Source: Squalus acanthias (Eukaryota). Taken from it: a DNA stretch of 64,000 nucleotides. Where the stretch lies: positions 140,060,001 through 140,124,000 of the forward strand of contig CM059431.1 of NCBI GenBank assembly GCA_030390025.1, written 5' to 3'. The first letter of the stretch is position 1. The number at the start of each line of letters is the position of its first letter. This document shows positions 37,001 through 49,400 of this stretch, in pieces. A model generated the notes under the pieces. The model searched no databases. It had not been told where the DNA came from and was given only the letters and a program-made list of their open reading frames with translations. The translations under genes were made by a program, and so were the position numbers.

Positions 37001-40000
37001 GGAGTTTCAGTGTATCAGGATCCTGTCGGGTGTGTGCGGGGTTTCACAGTGTATCAGAATCATGTCGTGTGTGTAGGATTTCACAGTGTATCAGGATACT
37101 GCCAGGTGTCTATGGGGTTTCACAGAGTATCAGGAACCTGCTAGGGGTATATGGAGTTTACAGTGCATCAGGATCCTGCCAGGTGTCTGAGGAAATTTCA
37201 CACTGTATAAGGATCCTGCCAGGTGTGTATGGGGTTTCACAGTGTATCAGGATCCTTCCATGTGTGCCTGGCGTTTCACAGTGTATCAGGATCCTTCCAG
37301 ATGTGTATGGGGGTTCACAGTGTATCGGGATCCTGCCAGGTGTGTATGCGGTATCGCAGTGTATCTGGATCCTGCCAGGTGTGTATGGGTTTTCACAGTG
37401 CATCGGAATCCTTCCAGATGTTTGTGGTGTTTCACAGTGTATCTGGATCCAACTTGGTTTGTATGGAGTTTCACAATGTATCAGGATCCTGCCCGGCGTG
37501 TATGGTGTATATTACAGTGTACCTGCACCCTGCCAGGTGGTTATGGGGTTTCACAGTGTACCAGGATCATGTCAGGTGTATATGGGCTTTCACAGTGTTT
37601 CAGGATCCTTCCATGTGTGCCTGGGGTTTCACAGTTTATCAGGATCCTGTCAGATGTGTATGGGGTTTCACAGTGTATCAAGGTGTACTCAGGTGTGTAT
37701 GGTGTTTCACATTGCATCTGGATCCTGCCTGGTGTGTCTGGGGTTAAACAGTGTTTCAGGATCCTGCCAGGGGTGTATGGGGTATCGCAGTGTATCGGGA
37801 TCCTGCCTGATGTGTATGGGGTTTCACAGTGTACCGGGATCCTGCCGGATGTTTATGGCGTTTCACAGTGTATCTGGATCATTCCTGTTGTGTATGGGGC
37901 TTCACAGTGTATCAGGATCCATCCCGACGTGTATGGGGTTTTCAAGGTGTACCAGGATCCTGCCAGGTGTGTATGGTGTTTCACAGTGTATCAGGATCCT
38001 GCCAGGTGTGTATGGGGTTTCACAGTGTATCAGGATCCTTCCAGGTGTGCATCGGGTTTCACAGTGTATCAGGATTCTGTCAGGTGTGTATGGGGTTTCA
38101 CAGTGTATCGGGGTCCTCCCAGGTGTGCATGGGGTTTCACAGTGTCTCAGGAAACTGCCAGGTGTGTGTGCGGTTGCACAGTGTATCAGGATCCTGCCAG
38201 GTGTGTATGGGGTATCGCAGTGTATCGGGATCCTGCCTGGTGTGTATGGGGTTTTACAGTGTATCGGGATCCTGCCGGATGTTTATGGCGTTTCACAGTG
38301 TATCTGTATCCTTCCTGTTATGTATGGGGCTTCACAGTGTATCAGGATCCAGCCCGACGTGTATGGGGCTTTAACAGTGTACCAGGATCCTGCCAGGTGT
38401 GTATGGGGTTTCACAGTGTATCAGGATCCTGCAAGGTGTGTATGGGGTTTCACAGTGTATCAGGATCCTTCCAGGTGTGCATCGGGTTTCACAGTGTATC
38501 AGGACTCTGGCAGGTGTGTATGGGGTTTCCCAGTGTATCAGGGTCCTCCCAGGTGTGCATGGGGTTTCACAGTGTATCGGGATGCTGCCAGGTGTGTATG
38601 GGATATCGCAATATATCGGGATCCTGCCAGGTGTGTATGGGGTTTCGCAGCGAATCAGGATTCTGCCAGGTGTGTATGGGGTTGCACCGTGCATCAGGAT
38701 CCTGCCAGGTGTGTAAGGGGTTTCACAGTGTATCAGTATCATACCAGGTGTGTATGGGGTTTCACAGTCTATCAGGATCCTGACAAGTGTGTGTGGGGTT
38801 TCACCGTGTAGCAGTATCATAGCAGATGTGTATGGGGTTTCACAATGTATCAGTATCATGCCAGGTGTGTATGGGGTTTAACAGTGTATCAGGATCCTGC
38901 CTGGTGTCTATGGAATTTCACAGTGTATCAGGATCCTTCCATGTGTGTATGGGGTTTTACAGTGTATCAGGATCCTGCCAGGTGTGCATGGTGTTTCAGA
39001 GTGTATCAGTATCATGCCAGGGGTGTATGAGGTTTCACAGTGTATCAGGATCCTGCCATGTGTGTTTGGGGTTTCACAGTCTATCAGGATCCTGACAAGT
39101 GTGTGTGGGGTTTCACCGTGTATAAGTATCATGCCAGATGTGTATGGGGTTTTACAGTGTATCAGGATCCTGCCAGGTGTGCATGGTGTTTCACAGTGTA
39201 TCAGTATCATGCCAGGTGTGTATGAGGTTTCACAGTGTATCAGGATCCTGCCATGTGTGTTTGGGGTTTCACAGTCTATCAGGATCCTGACAAGTGTGTG
39301 TGGGGTTTCACCGTGTATAAGTATCATGCCAGATGTGTATGGGGTTTCACAGTATATCAGTATCATGCCAGGTGTGTATGGGGTTTCACAGTGTATCAGG
39401 ATCCTGCCAGGTGTGTATGGGGTTTCACAGTGTGTCATTATCATGCCAGCTGTTTATGGGGTTTCACAGTGTATCAGGATCCTGCCAGGTGTGTATCGGA
39501 TTTCACAGTGTATCAGGAAACTGCCAGGTGTGTATGGGGTTTCACAGAGTATCAGGATACTGCTAGGGGTGTATGGGGTTTCCAGTGCATCAGGATCCTA
39601 CCAGGTGTCTATGGAATTTTACAGTGTACCAGGATCCTGCCAGATGTGTATGGGGTTTCACAGTGTATCAGGATCCTGTCAGATGTGTCTGGGGTTTCAC
39701 AGTGTATCAGGATCCTTCCATGTGTGCCTGGGGTTTCACAGTGTATCAGGATCCTGTCAGATGTGTATTGGGTTTCACAGTGTATCGTGGTGCACTCAGT
39801 TGTGTATGGGGTTTCACAGTTTATCAGGATCCTGTCAGGTGTGTATGAAGATTCAAAGTCTATCAGGATCCGTCCAGGTGTGCCTGTGGTTTCGCAGCGT
39901 ATCAGCATCCTGGCAGGTGTGTATGGGGTTTTACAATGTATCAGGATTCTGCCAGGTGTGTATGGGGTAGCACAGTGTATCAGGATCCTGCCAGGTGTGT

Positions 40001-42142
40001 ATCGGGTTTCACAGTGTATCAGGATCCTTCCAGGTGTGCATCGGGTTTCACAGTGTATCACGATTCTGTCAGGTGTGCATGGGGTTTCATAGTGTATCTG
40101 AAATCTGCCAGGTGTGTATGGGGGTTCACCGTGTATCAGTATCATGCCAGGTGTGTATGGTATTTCACAGTGTATCAGGATCCTGCCAGGTGTGTCTGGA
40201 GTTTCACAGTGTATCTGGATCCTGCCAGGTGTGTATGGGTTTTCACATTAAATCAGGATCCGGCCAGGTGTGTATGGGGTTTCACAGTGTATAGGGATCC
40301 TGCCAGGTGTGTATGGGGTTTCACACTGTATCAGCATCCTGCCAGGTGTGTATGCGGTTTCACAGTGTATCGGGATTCTGACAGTTGTGTATGGGGTTTC
40401 ACAGTGTATCGTTATCATGCCAGATGTGTATGGGGTTTCCCAGTGTATCAGGATTGTGCCAGGTGTGTATGGAGTTTCACAGTTTATCAGGATCCTGATG
40501 GGGTTTCCCAGTTTATCAGGATTCTGCCATGTGTGATGGGGTTTCACAGTGTATCAGGCTCCTCCCAGGTGGGTATGGGGTTTCACAGTGTATCAGGATC
40601 CTGCCACGTGTGTATGGGGTTTCACAGTGTGTCAGGATTCTGACAGGTGTGTATGGGGTTGCACAATTTATCAGGATTCTGCCAGGTGTGTATGGGATTT
40701 CACAGTGTTTCAGGAAAATGCCAGGTGTGTATGTGGTTTCACAGTGCATGTGGAATCTGCCAGGTATGTATGGGGTCTCACCGTGTATCAGTATCATGCC
40801 AGGTTTGTATGGGGTTTCACAGTGTATCAGGATCCTAGCTAGTGTGTATGGGGTTTCACAGTGTATCATTATCATGCCAGGTGTGTATGGGGTTTCACAG
40901 TTTATCAGGATCCTTCCAGCTGTGTATGGGGTTTCACAATGTATCAGGATTCTGGCATGTGTGTATGGGGTTTCACACTGTATCAGGATCGTTCCATGTG
41001 TGTATGCGGTTCCACAGTGTATCGGGATTCTGACAGGTGTGTATGGGGTTTCACAGTGTATCGTTAGTATGCCATATGTGTACTGGGTTTCCCAGTGTGT
41101 CAGGATTCTGCCAGGTGTGTTTGGGGTTTCACAGTGTAACAGGATTCTGCCAGGTGTGTATGGGGTTTCACAGTGTATCGGGATGCTGCCAGGTGTGTAT
41201 GGGGTTTCACAGTGTTTCAGGATCCTGCCACGTGTGTATGGGGTTTCACAGTGTGTCAGGATTCTGACAGGTGTGAATGGGGTTGCACAATGTATCAGGA
41301 TTCTGCCAGGTGTGTATGGGGTTTCACAGTGTATCAGGAACATGCCAGGTGTGTATGTGCTTTCACAATGTGGCATGATTCTGCCAGGTGTGTATGGGGT
41401 TACACAGTGTTTCAGGATCCTGCCAGGTGTGTATGGGGTTTCACCGTGTATCAGTATCAAGCCCGATGTGTATGGGGTTTCACAGTCTATCAGGATCCTG
41501 GCTGGTGTGTATGGGGTTTCACAATGTATCATTATCATGCCAGGTGTGTATGGGGTTTCACCGTGTATCAGTATCATGCCAGGTGTGTTTGGGCTTTCAC
41601 AGTGTATCAGGATCCTGCCAGGTGTGTATGGAGTTTCACAGTGTATCTGGATCCTGCCAGGTGTGTATTGGTTTTCACAGTAAATCAGGATCCTGACGGT
41701 GTGTATGGGGTTTCACACTGTATCAGCATCCTGCCAGGTGTGTATGCGGGTTCACAGTGTATCGGGATTCTGACAGGTGTGTATGTGGTTTCACAGTGTA
41801 TCGTTATCATGCCAGATGTGTATGGGGTTTCCCAGTGTATCAGGATTCTGCCAGGTGTGTATGGGGTTTCACAGTGTATTAGGATCCTGCCAGGTGGGTA
41901 TGGGGTTTCACAGTGTAACAGGATTCTGCCAGGTGTGTATGGGGTTTCACAGTGTATCAGGATCCTGCCACGTGTGTATGGGGTTTCACAGTGTGTCAGG
42001 ATCATGACAGGTGTGTATGGGGTTGCACAATTTATCAGGATTCTGCCAGGTGTGTATGGGGTTTCACAGTGTATCATGATTCTGCCAGGTGTGTATGGGG
42101 TTTCACAGTGTATCATGATTCTGCCAGGTGTGTATGGGTTTT
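25011..42142. repeat. 39-bp satellite CAGGATCCTGCCAGGTGTGTATGGGGTTTCACAGTGTAT, array 1 (~440 monomers)
   Basis: Visible unit with 13-aa periodic ORFs in several frames. Marker AATGTACCATTATCCCTCCCGTTG near 25050, 28983 and 31982. Confidence 0.98.
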
Positions 42143-42876
42143 CGAAGTGCAACAGTTGTTCAGATTTTGTCACACACTGCAGATCAAAACCAGCCTTATT
42201 CCTGAGTTGGAGAATAATCTTTTTTGAAATATGGAACAAATGATCATTGGTGAATTAAATGATTCTTCACTCGGTTTTGCACAATCTGATGGTCTTGCAT
42301 TATTTTTGATCACAGGTTTGTCTTGATTTTTATTTGGGTTTTTTAATATTCAATTATGTTACTTTATGAATATGATATCTATTTACGTACACAATATATT
42401 GCTGGGTATGTTCCCTCTGGTCTCTATTTACAGTGACATTATCGGTGTGATCATGGAGATGTGTCCTGTTTGTTGTTTCTATTTGAATTTTGACCATATC
42501 CCTCATGGTGTCAGCACCTGAATAATGAGCACTGTAGTAGGTGAGGACATTTACTGCTGTTCCACTAACATTAACACTAATGTAGAATATAATGAATCAT
42601 GAAACTTTTACATTGAGGTGATGCACAGCATTTATGTTTGGAATCTTTCGGGGTTTGACAATCTCAAGAATGACCATAAATATACAAGTGGTAGATTTGC
42701 CTGCTGTTTTACAATCACAATTCTCCACTTGTGCGCCTGTCTCGCTGTGTGGGTCCACCCACCTGCCACCAATCAAACTCTCAGTCAGCGTCCTTTCCTT
42801 TCCCCATTGGGGAAATGTAAAAACGATTCAGTCGAGGATCAGTGATTTCTCCAAACTATAGTTCAAGTTATTTTCC
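42143..42876. other. Low-copy flank X, paralogous to 51936-52235 plus 58573-59006
   Basis: Shared blocks include CTCATGGTGTCA...TAATGAGCACTGTAG..GGTGAGGACATTTACTGCTGTTCCACTAA and TTCCCCA.TGGGGAAAT...ATTTCTCCAAACT.TAGTT. Confidence 0.9.
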
Positions 42877-43062
42877 GGATTTAATTTTTCACCAAATTTC
42901 AGAACTTGTAAAATTCAGTTATTTGCTGCTTAAGTCAGGCTGTCACTAGTATAATAAACACGCAACATCACCAACTTGCATTTCCGCCGCCACGTTAATT
43001 ACATTAGTTACACAAGACTAATTTCAACATTTACATTTTAAATACAGACTAATGATCCTTTC

Positions 43063-44370
43063 TACCTGTTGGTAATTTGAGTGGTTGATTATATAAAGTC
43101 GAGTGATCAGGATCCTCCTATCTATGTGAAAGGTGATTTCTGCCCTGTTGTCAGTTTCGAACTAATACATACCTGACACTTGTTTCTCTCCAAAGGGAGC
43201 GGCCTCTATTGTTTCCACAGCCGGTTTGACAATAACCGCCTCATTAACGTTTCACCAAAAACAATAATCTCGGCTCCATTTCTCCTCCTAATTCGCATCC
43301 GTTTCTAACTGAGTAAACCGGATATCGTCGCGTTAGCAGTGATGAATTTATTCGAATTAATCGGGGACAAATTTTACCTCCGAAGTTGCTCCGATCCAGT
43401 GGCTGGATCGCGTTCAGTCCGACCTCACGGGTACAGAGGTTGATTTTGCAGGTGCTCCGCACAGAGCGATAATCGGCCAGTGCCAATGAGTTAATCCTTT
43501 ACTGAGCTGAACTGTGTGTTCGGTCTGAACTGTGGGCCCCGCCGTTGTCAGTTAAATTAAATAGTATTGGGCACCAAACGGTTCAGTGAGTGAACACACC
43601 GCCCGTTAATGTAAAAAAATAAAAGCATACGGAGTGAGAAAGGAGCAAATTCGCACCCGTCTGACTGAACTGTGAATTCTACAATAGGGAGGAGGCGCCG
43701 CTGGAGCAATCTGGGTAAATCCGCAGAGTACGTGTTCCTGCTTTCTGTCCCGCAACCGCTTTAAAATGTGTCTGTGGGGAGACTGGTGGAGACCAAGAGT
43801 GGGTTTAGCCCTGAAATCCCCGGAGTAAAATGGACTGTCCTCAGTCACAGTCTGAGCCCACACTCACAGAATAGCCGCAACACGTGCAATGGGGAACATC
43901 ACAGACGGCGGTAACTAGGCTTCAGAGAGGAAGAGTAAAGGGAGAAATGGAAGAATGAAACACAGAAATGAAGCTCAGACGCTACATTAACCTTACCTTG
44001 ATCCCGCAAGGATTTTCTGTCTCTTTATTTCCGTGTAGAATTTGCGAGTTTTATCCTTGTTATTTCACTACAACCAATCAGGTTAAGTTTCTTTGTTTGA
44101 TTTGAGCAAGTCACAAATTGTGAATGTGATCTGATCCTTATTCTGTGAGACTCAGAGCACCGCCCTCTGTGTGAAAACTGCTGCCCGCCCTCAGGGTGGA
44201 TTTCAACTCAAACTTTCCTCCTTTGCTTCAGAACAGGGAGCGGACTTTCTGGTCAAATCAAATCCAACCGGTTTGACTATTCGTTGCCACCTCACCTGTG
44301 AACAAAGTTAGTGATAAAATTTACTTCATCTCTTGTTCCAGGGAAGTTCAGTAAAACAGAGATTCGCTAA
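43063..44370. repeat. Copy A of a ~1.3-kb diverged tandem duplication
   Basis: Colinear with 44388-45664. Identical blocks include CCTCAGTCACAGTCTGAGCCCACACTCACAGAATAGCCGCAAC and GCACAGAGCGATAATCGGCCAGTGC. Confidence 0.93.
43997..44195 (-). promoter_or_regulatory. Putative promoter / first-exon region (GC boxes, CCAAT, TATA-like), copy A
   Basis: GGGCGG boxes at ~44160 and ~44185, CTGATTGG at ~44075, then GATAAAA and a donor AG|GTAAGG at 43996. Retained in copy B. Confidence 0.35.
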
Positions 44371-44387
44371 AATTCCCGGGGGCCTGC

Positions 44388-45664
44388 CACCTGTTAATAA
44401 TTGGAGTAATTACTTTTAATATAAAGATTATTAATTGGTTTCCTCCTGTCTGTGTGAAAGGTGGTTTCAGCCTGAAACCGATTTCCGTCTAAAACATTCC
44501 TGAAGTTTGTTTCTCTCTGAAGGGATCAGTCTGTCTGATTTTTCGGTCAGTTTGAGAATAACCGCCTCATTGACATGAATTTATTTCAGCATAAACACAA
44601 GTCCCTGCTCCATTCTCTCAGCTAATTCACAGGTTTTCCTGACTGAGTTAAACAATGATTTCTCGGTTATAAAGCACTTCATTATTACAATTAATCAGGT
44701 ACAAGTTTATTTTCTCCGCAGTTGCTCCGATCGAGTGACGGGGTCGCCTTCAGACCGGCCTCAGGTCAGCAGAGTCTGATTTTCCAGGTGCTCGGCACAG
44801 AGCGATAATCGGCCAGTGCGAAAGTGATAACCCTTTACTGAGCTGAAATGTGTGTTGGGTCTGAACTGCTGGTCCCGCCTTTGATCAGTTAAATAAAACT
44901 GTGCTGGACACCAAACGGTTCAGTGAGTAAAAGTCCGCACTGGGTTCCAAGGACCAGGTTCCCAGCCCTGTTTACTGAACTGCAAATTCTAACATGGGAA
45001 GGAGGCACCGCTGGACTTGGCTGGGTTAAATCCGCAGAGTTCGTGTTCCTACTTTCTGTCCTGCAACCCCTTTTAAATGTGTCTGTGGGGAGACTGGTGG
45101 AGACCAGGAGTGGGATTAACCCAGAAACCCTTGATGTAAAATGAACTGCCCTCAGTCACAGTCTGAGCCCACACTCACAGAATAGCCGCAACCCACGCTG
45201 GAGAAATTATCGGACCGCGGGTAATAGGCTTTAGAGAGGAAGGGTAAAGGGAGAAATCGAAGAATAAAACACAAAAATGAAGCTTAGAAGCTATATTAAT
45301 CTTACCCTGATCCCGCAAGGATTTTCTGTCTAATTCCGTGTAGATTTTGCAAGTTATATCCTAGTTATTTCATTACAACCAATCAGCTAGATGTTCCTTG
45401 TTGTATTTTAGCAAGTCACAAATTGTGAATTTGATTTGATCCTTGTTCTGTGAGATTCAGAGCCCCGCCCTCTGGGTGAAACCAGCTGCCCGCCCTCAGG
45501 GTGAATTTCAACTCAAACATTTCTCATTTGCTTCAGAACAGGGAGCGGCCAGTATAACCAGATCAAATCGAAGCCGTTTGACAATTCGCTGTCGCTTCAC
45601 CTGTGAACAAAGTTAATGATAAAATGTTATCCCTTCTTGTTCCTGGGAAGTTCAGTAAAACCGA
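44388..45664. repeat. Copy B of a ~1.3-kb diverged tandem duplication
   Basis: Colinear with 43063-44370. Both copies end in GGGAAGTTCAGTAAAAC. Confidence 0.93.
45306..45500 (-). promoter_or_regulatory. Putative promoter / first-exon region, copy B
   Basis: GGGCGGGG at ~45465, GGGCGGG at ~45490, CTGATTGG at ~45380, then GATATAA and a donor GG|GTAAGA at 45305. Confidence 0.35.
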
Positions 45665-46389
45665 TACATGTTAAGAAATAAATTGTTACATTTCCATCTG
45701 GGACATTGTTTGTTAAAATTCCAATCGATTTCCTGATGTTAGGGCTTTGAGACCAGAATCCCAGAGCCAGTGTCTTGTTAATGAGCTGAGAGGAGGCTGT
45801 TTTTGTACGTGAGGACATTAATCATTTCAACGCCGAATTAAACTATCCCTGAGCATCAATCGCCTGAGCTACTGGGGGAATGAATACTGAATTTCCAGAG
45901 TTATATTTTTCATTGTGAATCTGCTGCAGATACATCCGTGACATTGTTAGACACAGAAAGGACCAGTCCTCTCCTGTAGTCGTTTTCAAGATTGGAGTCT
46001 CCTCATTTTCAGGGTGGTTCTCAGACAGTAAAAAATATTCCCTCTCCGGGATGGAATTGCCTGAAGAGAGAAACTGTTTGAGGACGCATTGTGGTGATAA
46101 TTCTGAGGAGAGGACTGCGATATATTATTTATCTTTCTCATTTCACCTCTGTTTTTAAACAGAATTAAGGATTCATCCCGGCCGGAAGCACAGCGAGAAG
46201 ATGCGGCCCCAAACATCGCCCGATATTTGTCTTCGTGTGAACACCCCCGCCATACATCTTCCCTTTATTGCTAATTAATATATATCGTCAGGTTAAGCTG
46301 GAAGCTTTCGATTATAAGGAAACATTCATATGAACAAGTCCATCTCAGTAAATTCACTGTTAAATGAACAGGGCGGGTAAGTGCTGCGT

Positions 46390-46455
46390 TTCAAATTATA
46401 GAAGTGCCGATAGTGCAGATACAGAGAGCGATTTCCCCTGGTGGGAGATTCCAGA
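46390..46455 (+). mobile_element. Short CR1 ORF2 3' fragment abutting 39-bp array 2
   Basis: AAATTAT...GATAGTGCAGATACAGAGAGCGATTTCCCCTGGTGGGAGATTCCAGA resembles the CR1 segment at 11250-11290. Confidence 0.5.
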
Positions 46456-49400
46456 TTCACATTGTATCACGATCCTGCCGGGTAGTTATGGGGTTTCACA
46501 GCGTATGAGGATGCTGCCAGGTTTGATTGGGGTTTAGCAGTGTATCAGGATCCTGCCAGGTGTGTATGGGGTTTCACAGTGTATTAGGATCCTACCAGGT
46601 GTGTATGGGGTTTCACACTGTATCCGGATCCTGCCGGGTATTTATGGGGCTACACAGTGTATCTGGATCCTGACAGGTTTGTATGGGGTTTCACAGTGTA
46701 TCAGGATCCTAGCAGGTGTGTATGGGGTTTCACAGTGTATCAGGGTCCTGCCAGGTGTGTATGGGGTTTCACAGTGTATCAGGATCCTGCCAGGTGTGTA
46801 TGGGGTTTCACAGTGTATCAGGGTCCTGCCAGGTGTGTATGGGGTTTCACAGTGTATCAGGATTCTGCCAGGTGTGTATGGGGTTTCACAGTGTATCAGG
46901 ATCCTGCCACGTGTGTATGCGGTTTCACAGTGTAGCAGGGTCCAGCCATGTGTGTATGGGGTTTCACAGTGTATCAGGATCCTGCCAGGTGTGTATGGGG
47001 TTTCACAGTGTATCACGATCCTGCCAGGTGTGTATGGGGTTTCACAGTGTATCAGGATCCTGCCAGGTGTGTGTGGGGTTTCACAGTGTATCAGGATCCT
47101 GGCAGGTATTTTTGGGGTTTCACAGTGTATGAGGATCCTGCCGGGTATTTATTTGGTTTCACAGTGTATGAGGATCCTGCCGGGTATTTATTTGGTTTCA
47201 CAGTGAATGAGGATGCTGCCAGGTTTGAATGGGGTTTAGCAGTGTATCAGGATCCTGCCAGGGGTGTGTGGGGTTTCACAGTGAATTAGGAGCCTACCAG
47301 GTGTGTATGGGGTTTCACAGTGTATCAGGATCCTGCCAGGTGTGTATGGGTTTTTTCAAACTGCATCAGGGTCTTGCCACGTGCGAAGGGGGTTTCACAG
47401 TGTATCAGGATCCTGCCAGGTGTGTATGTGTTTTCACAGTGCATCAGGATTCTGCCAGGTGTGTATGGAGTTTCACAGTTTATCTGGATCCTGCCAGGTG
47501 TGTGTGGGTTTTCACAGTGTATCAGGATCCTACCAGGTGTGTATGGGGTGTCACAGTGTATCAGGATCCTGCCAGGGGTGTATAGGGTTTCACAGTGTAT
47601 CAGGATCCTGCCAGGTGTGTATGGGGTTTCACAATGTATCAGGATTCTGCCAGGTGTGTATGTGTGTTTTCACAGTGTATCAGGATCCTGTCAGGTGTGT
47701 ATGGGTTTTCACTGTGTATCAGGATCCTGCCAGGTGTGTATGGGTTTTCACAGTGTATCAGGATCCTGTCAGGTGTGTATGGGTTTTCACAGTGTATCAG
47801 GATCCTGCCAGGGGTGTATGGGGTTTAACAGTGTATCAGGATCCTGCCAGGTGTGTGTGGGTTTTCACTGTGTATCAGGATCCTGTCAGGTGTGTATGGG
47901 TTGTCACTGTGTATCAGGATCCTGCCAGGTGTGTTTGGGATTTCACAGCGTATCAGGATCCTGCCAGGTGTGTATGGGGTTTCACAGTGTATTAGGAGCC
48001 TACCAAGTGTGTATGGGGTTTCACATTGTATCCGAATCCTGCCGCGTATTTATGGGGCTACACAGTGTATCTGGATCCTGACAGGTTTGTATGGGGTTTC
48101 ACAGTGTATCAGGATCCTAGCAGGTGTGTATGGGGTTTCACAGTGTATCAGGTTCCTGCCAGGTGTGTATGGGGTTTCACAGTGTATCAGGATCCTGCCA
48201 GGTGTGTATGGGGTTTCACAGTGTATCAGGATCCTGCCAGGTGTGTATGGGGTTTCACAGTGTATCAGGATCCTGCCAGGTGTGTATGGGGTTTCACAAT
48301 GTATCAGGATCCTGCCAGGTCTGTATGGGGTTTCACAGTGTATCAGGATCCTGCCAGGTGTGTATGGGGTTTCACAGTGTATCAGGATCCTGCCAGGTAT
48401 GTATGGGGTTTCACAGTGTATCAGGATCCTGCCACGTGTGTATGGGGTTTCACAGTGTATCAGGGTCCAGCCATGTGTGTATGGGGTTTCATAGTGTATC
48501 AGGATCCTGCCAGGTGTGTATGGGGTTTCACAGTGTATCAGGATCCTGCCAGGTGTGGATGGGGTTACACAGTGTATCACGATCCTGCCAGGTGTGTATG
48601 GGGTTTCACAGTGCATCAGTATCCTGCCAGGCGTGTGTGGGGTTTTACTGTGTATCAGCATCCTGCCAGGTATTTATGGGGTTTCACAGTGTATGAGGAT
48701 CCTGCCGGGTATTTATGGGGTTTCACAGTGTATGAGGATCCTGCCGGGTATTTATGTGGTTTCGCAGTGTATGAGGATGCTGCCAAGTTTGAATGGGGTT
48801 TAGCAGTGTATCAGGATCCTGCCAGGGGTGTGTGGGGTTTCACAGTGAATTAGGAGCCTACCAGGTGTGTATGGGGTTTCACAGTGTATCAGGATCCTGC
48901 CAGGTGTGTATGGGTTTTTTTCAAACTGCATCAGGGTCCTGCCACGTGCGAAGGGGGTTCCACAGTGTATCAGGATCCTGCCAGGTCTGTATGGGGTTTC
49001 ACTGTGTATCAGGATCCTGCCACGTGTGTATGCGGTTTCACAGTGTAGCAGGGTCCAGCCATGTGTGTATGGGGTTTCACAGTGTATCAGGATCCTGCCA
49101 GGTGTGTATGGGGTTTCACAGTGTATCACGATCCTGCCAGGTGTGTATGGGTTTCACAGTGTATCACGATCCTGCCAGGTGTGTATGGGCTTTCACAGTG
49201 TATCAGGATCCTGCAGGTATTTGTGGGGTTTCACAGTGTATGAGCATCCTGCAGGGTATTTATTGGGTTTCACAGTGTATGAGGACCCTGCCGGGTATTT
49301 ATTGGGTTTCACAGTGAATGAGGATCCTGCCAAGTTTGAATGGGGTTTAGCAGTGTATCAGGATCCTGCCAGGAGTGTGTGGGGTTTCACAGTGAATTAG

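Noticed and set aside
42634..42861. Paralogous ~75-aa ORFs at 42634-42861 and 58770-58991 sharing start and stop
   Set aside because: Compensating indels scramble the N-terminal part, and many substitutions fall at first codon positions. This is consistent with non-coding homology.
43846..43875. Possible 12-RSS (CACAGTC...ACAGAATAG) in both duplicate copies
   Set aside because: The heptamer is imperfect, the nonamer is poor and needs a 13-nt spacer, and there is no adjacent V, D or J coding segment. It overlaps the proposed splice donor.
43997..44142. Minus-strand peptide NKDQI.FTICDLLK.NKE..DWL (and LKNDAGFLLQCV at ~51960-52005), loosely CARD-like
   Set aside because: Both copies have tandem stops directly after DWL and there are frame-breaking indels. 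The DWL codons coincide with a CCAAT box. Too short to support without an HMM search.
46376..46400. miR-430/427-like seed TAAGTGCT
   Set aside because: No complementary arm forming a precursor hairpin, and it is not part of a cluster.
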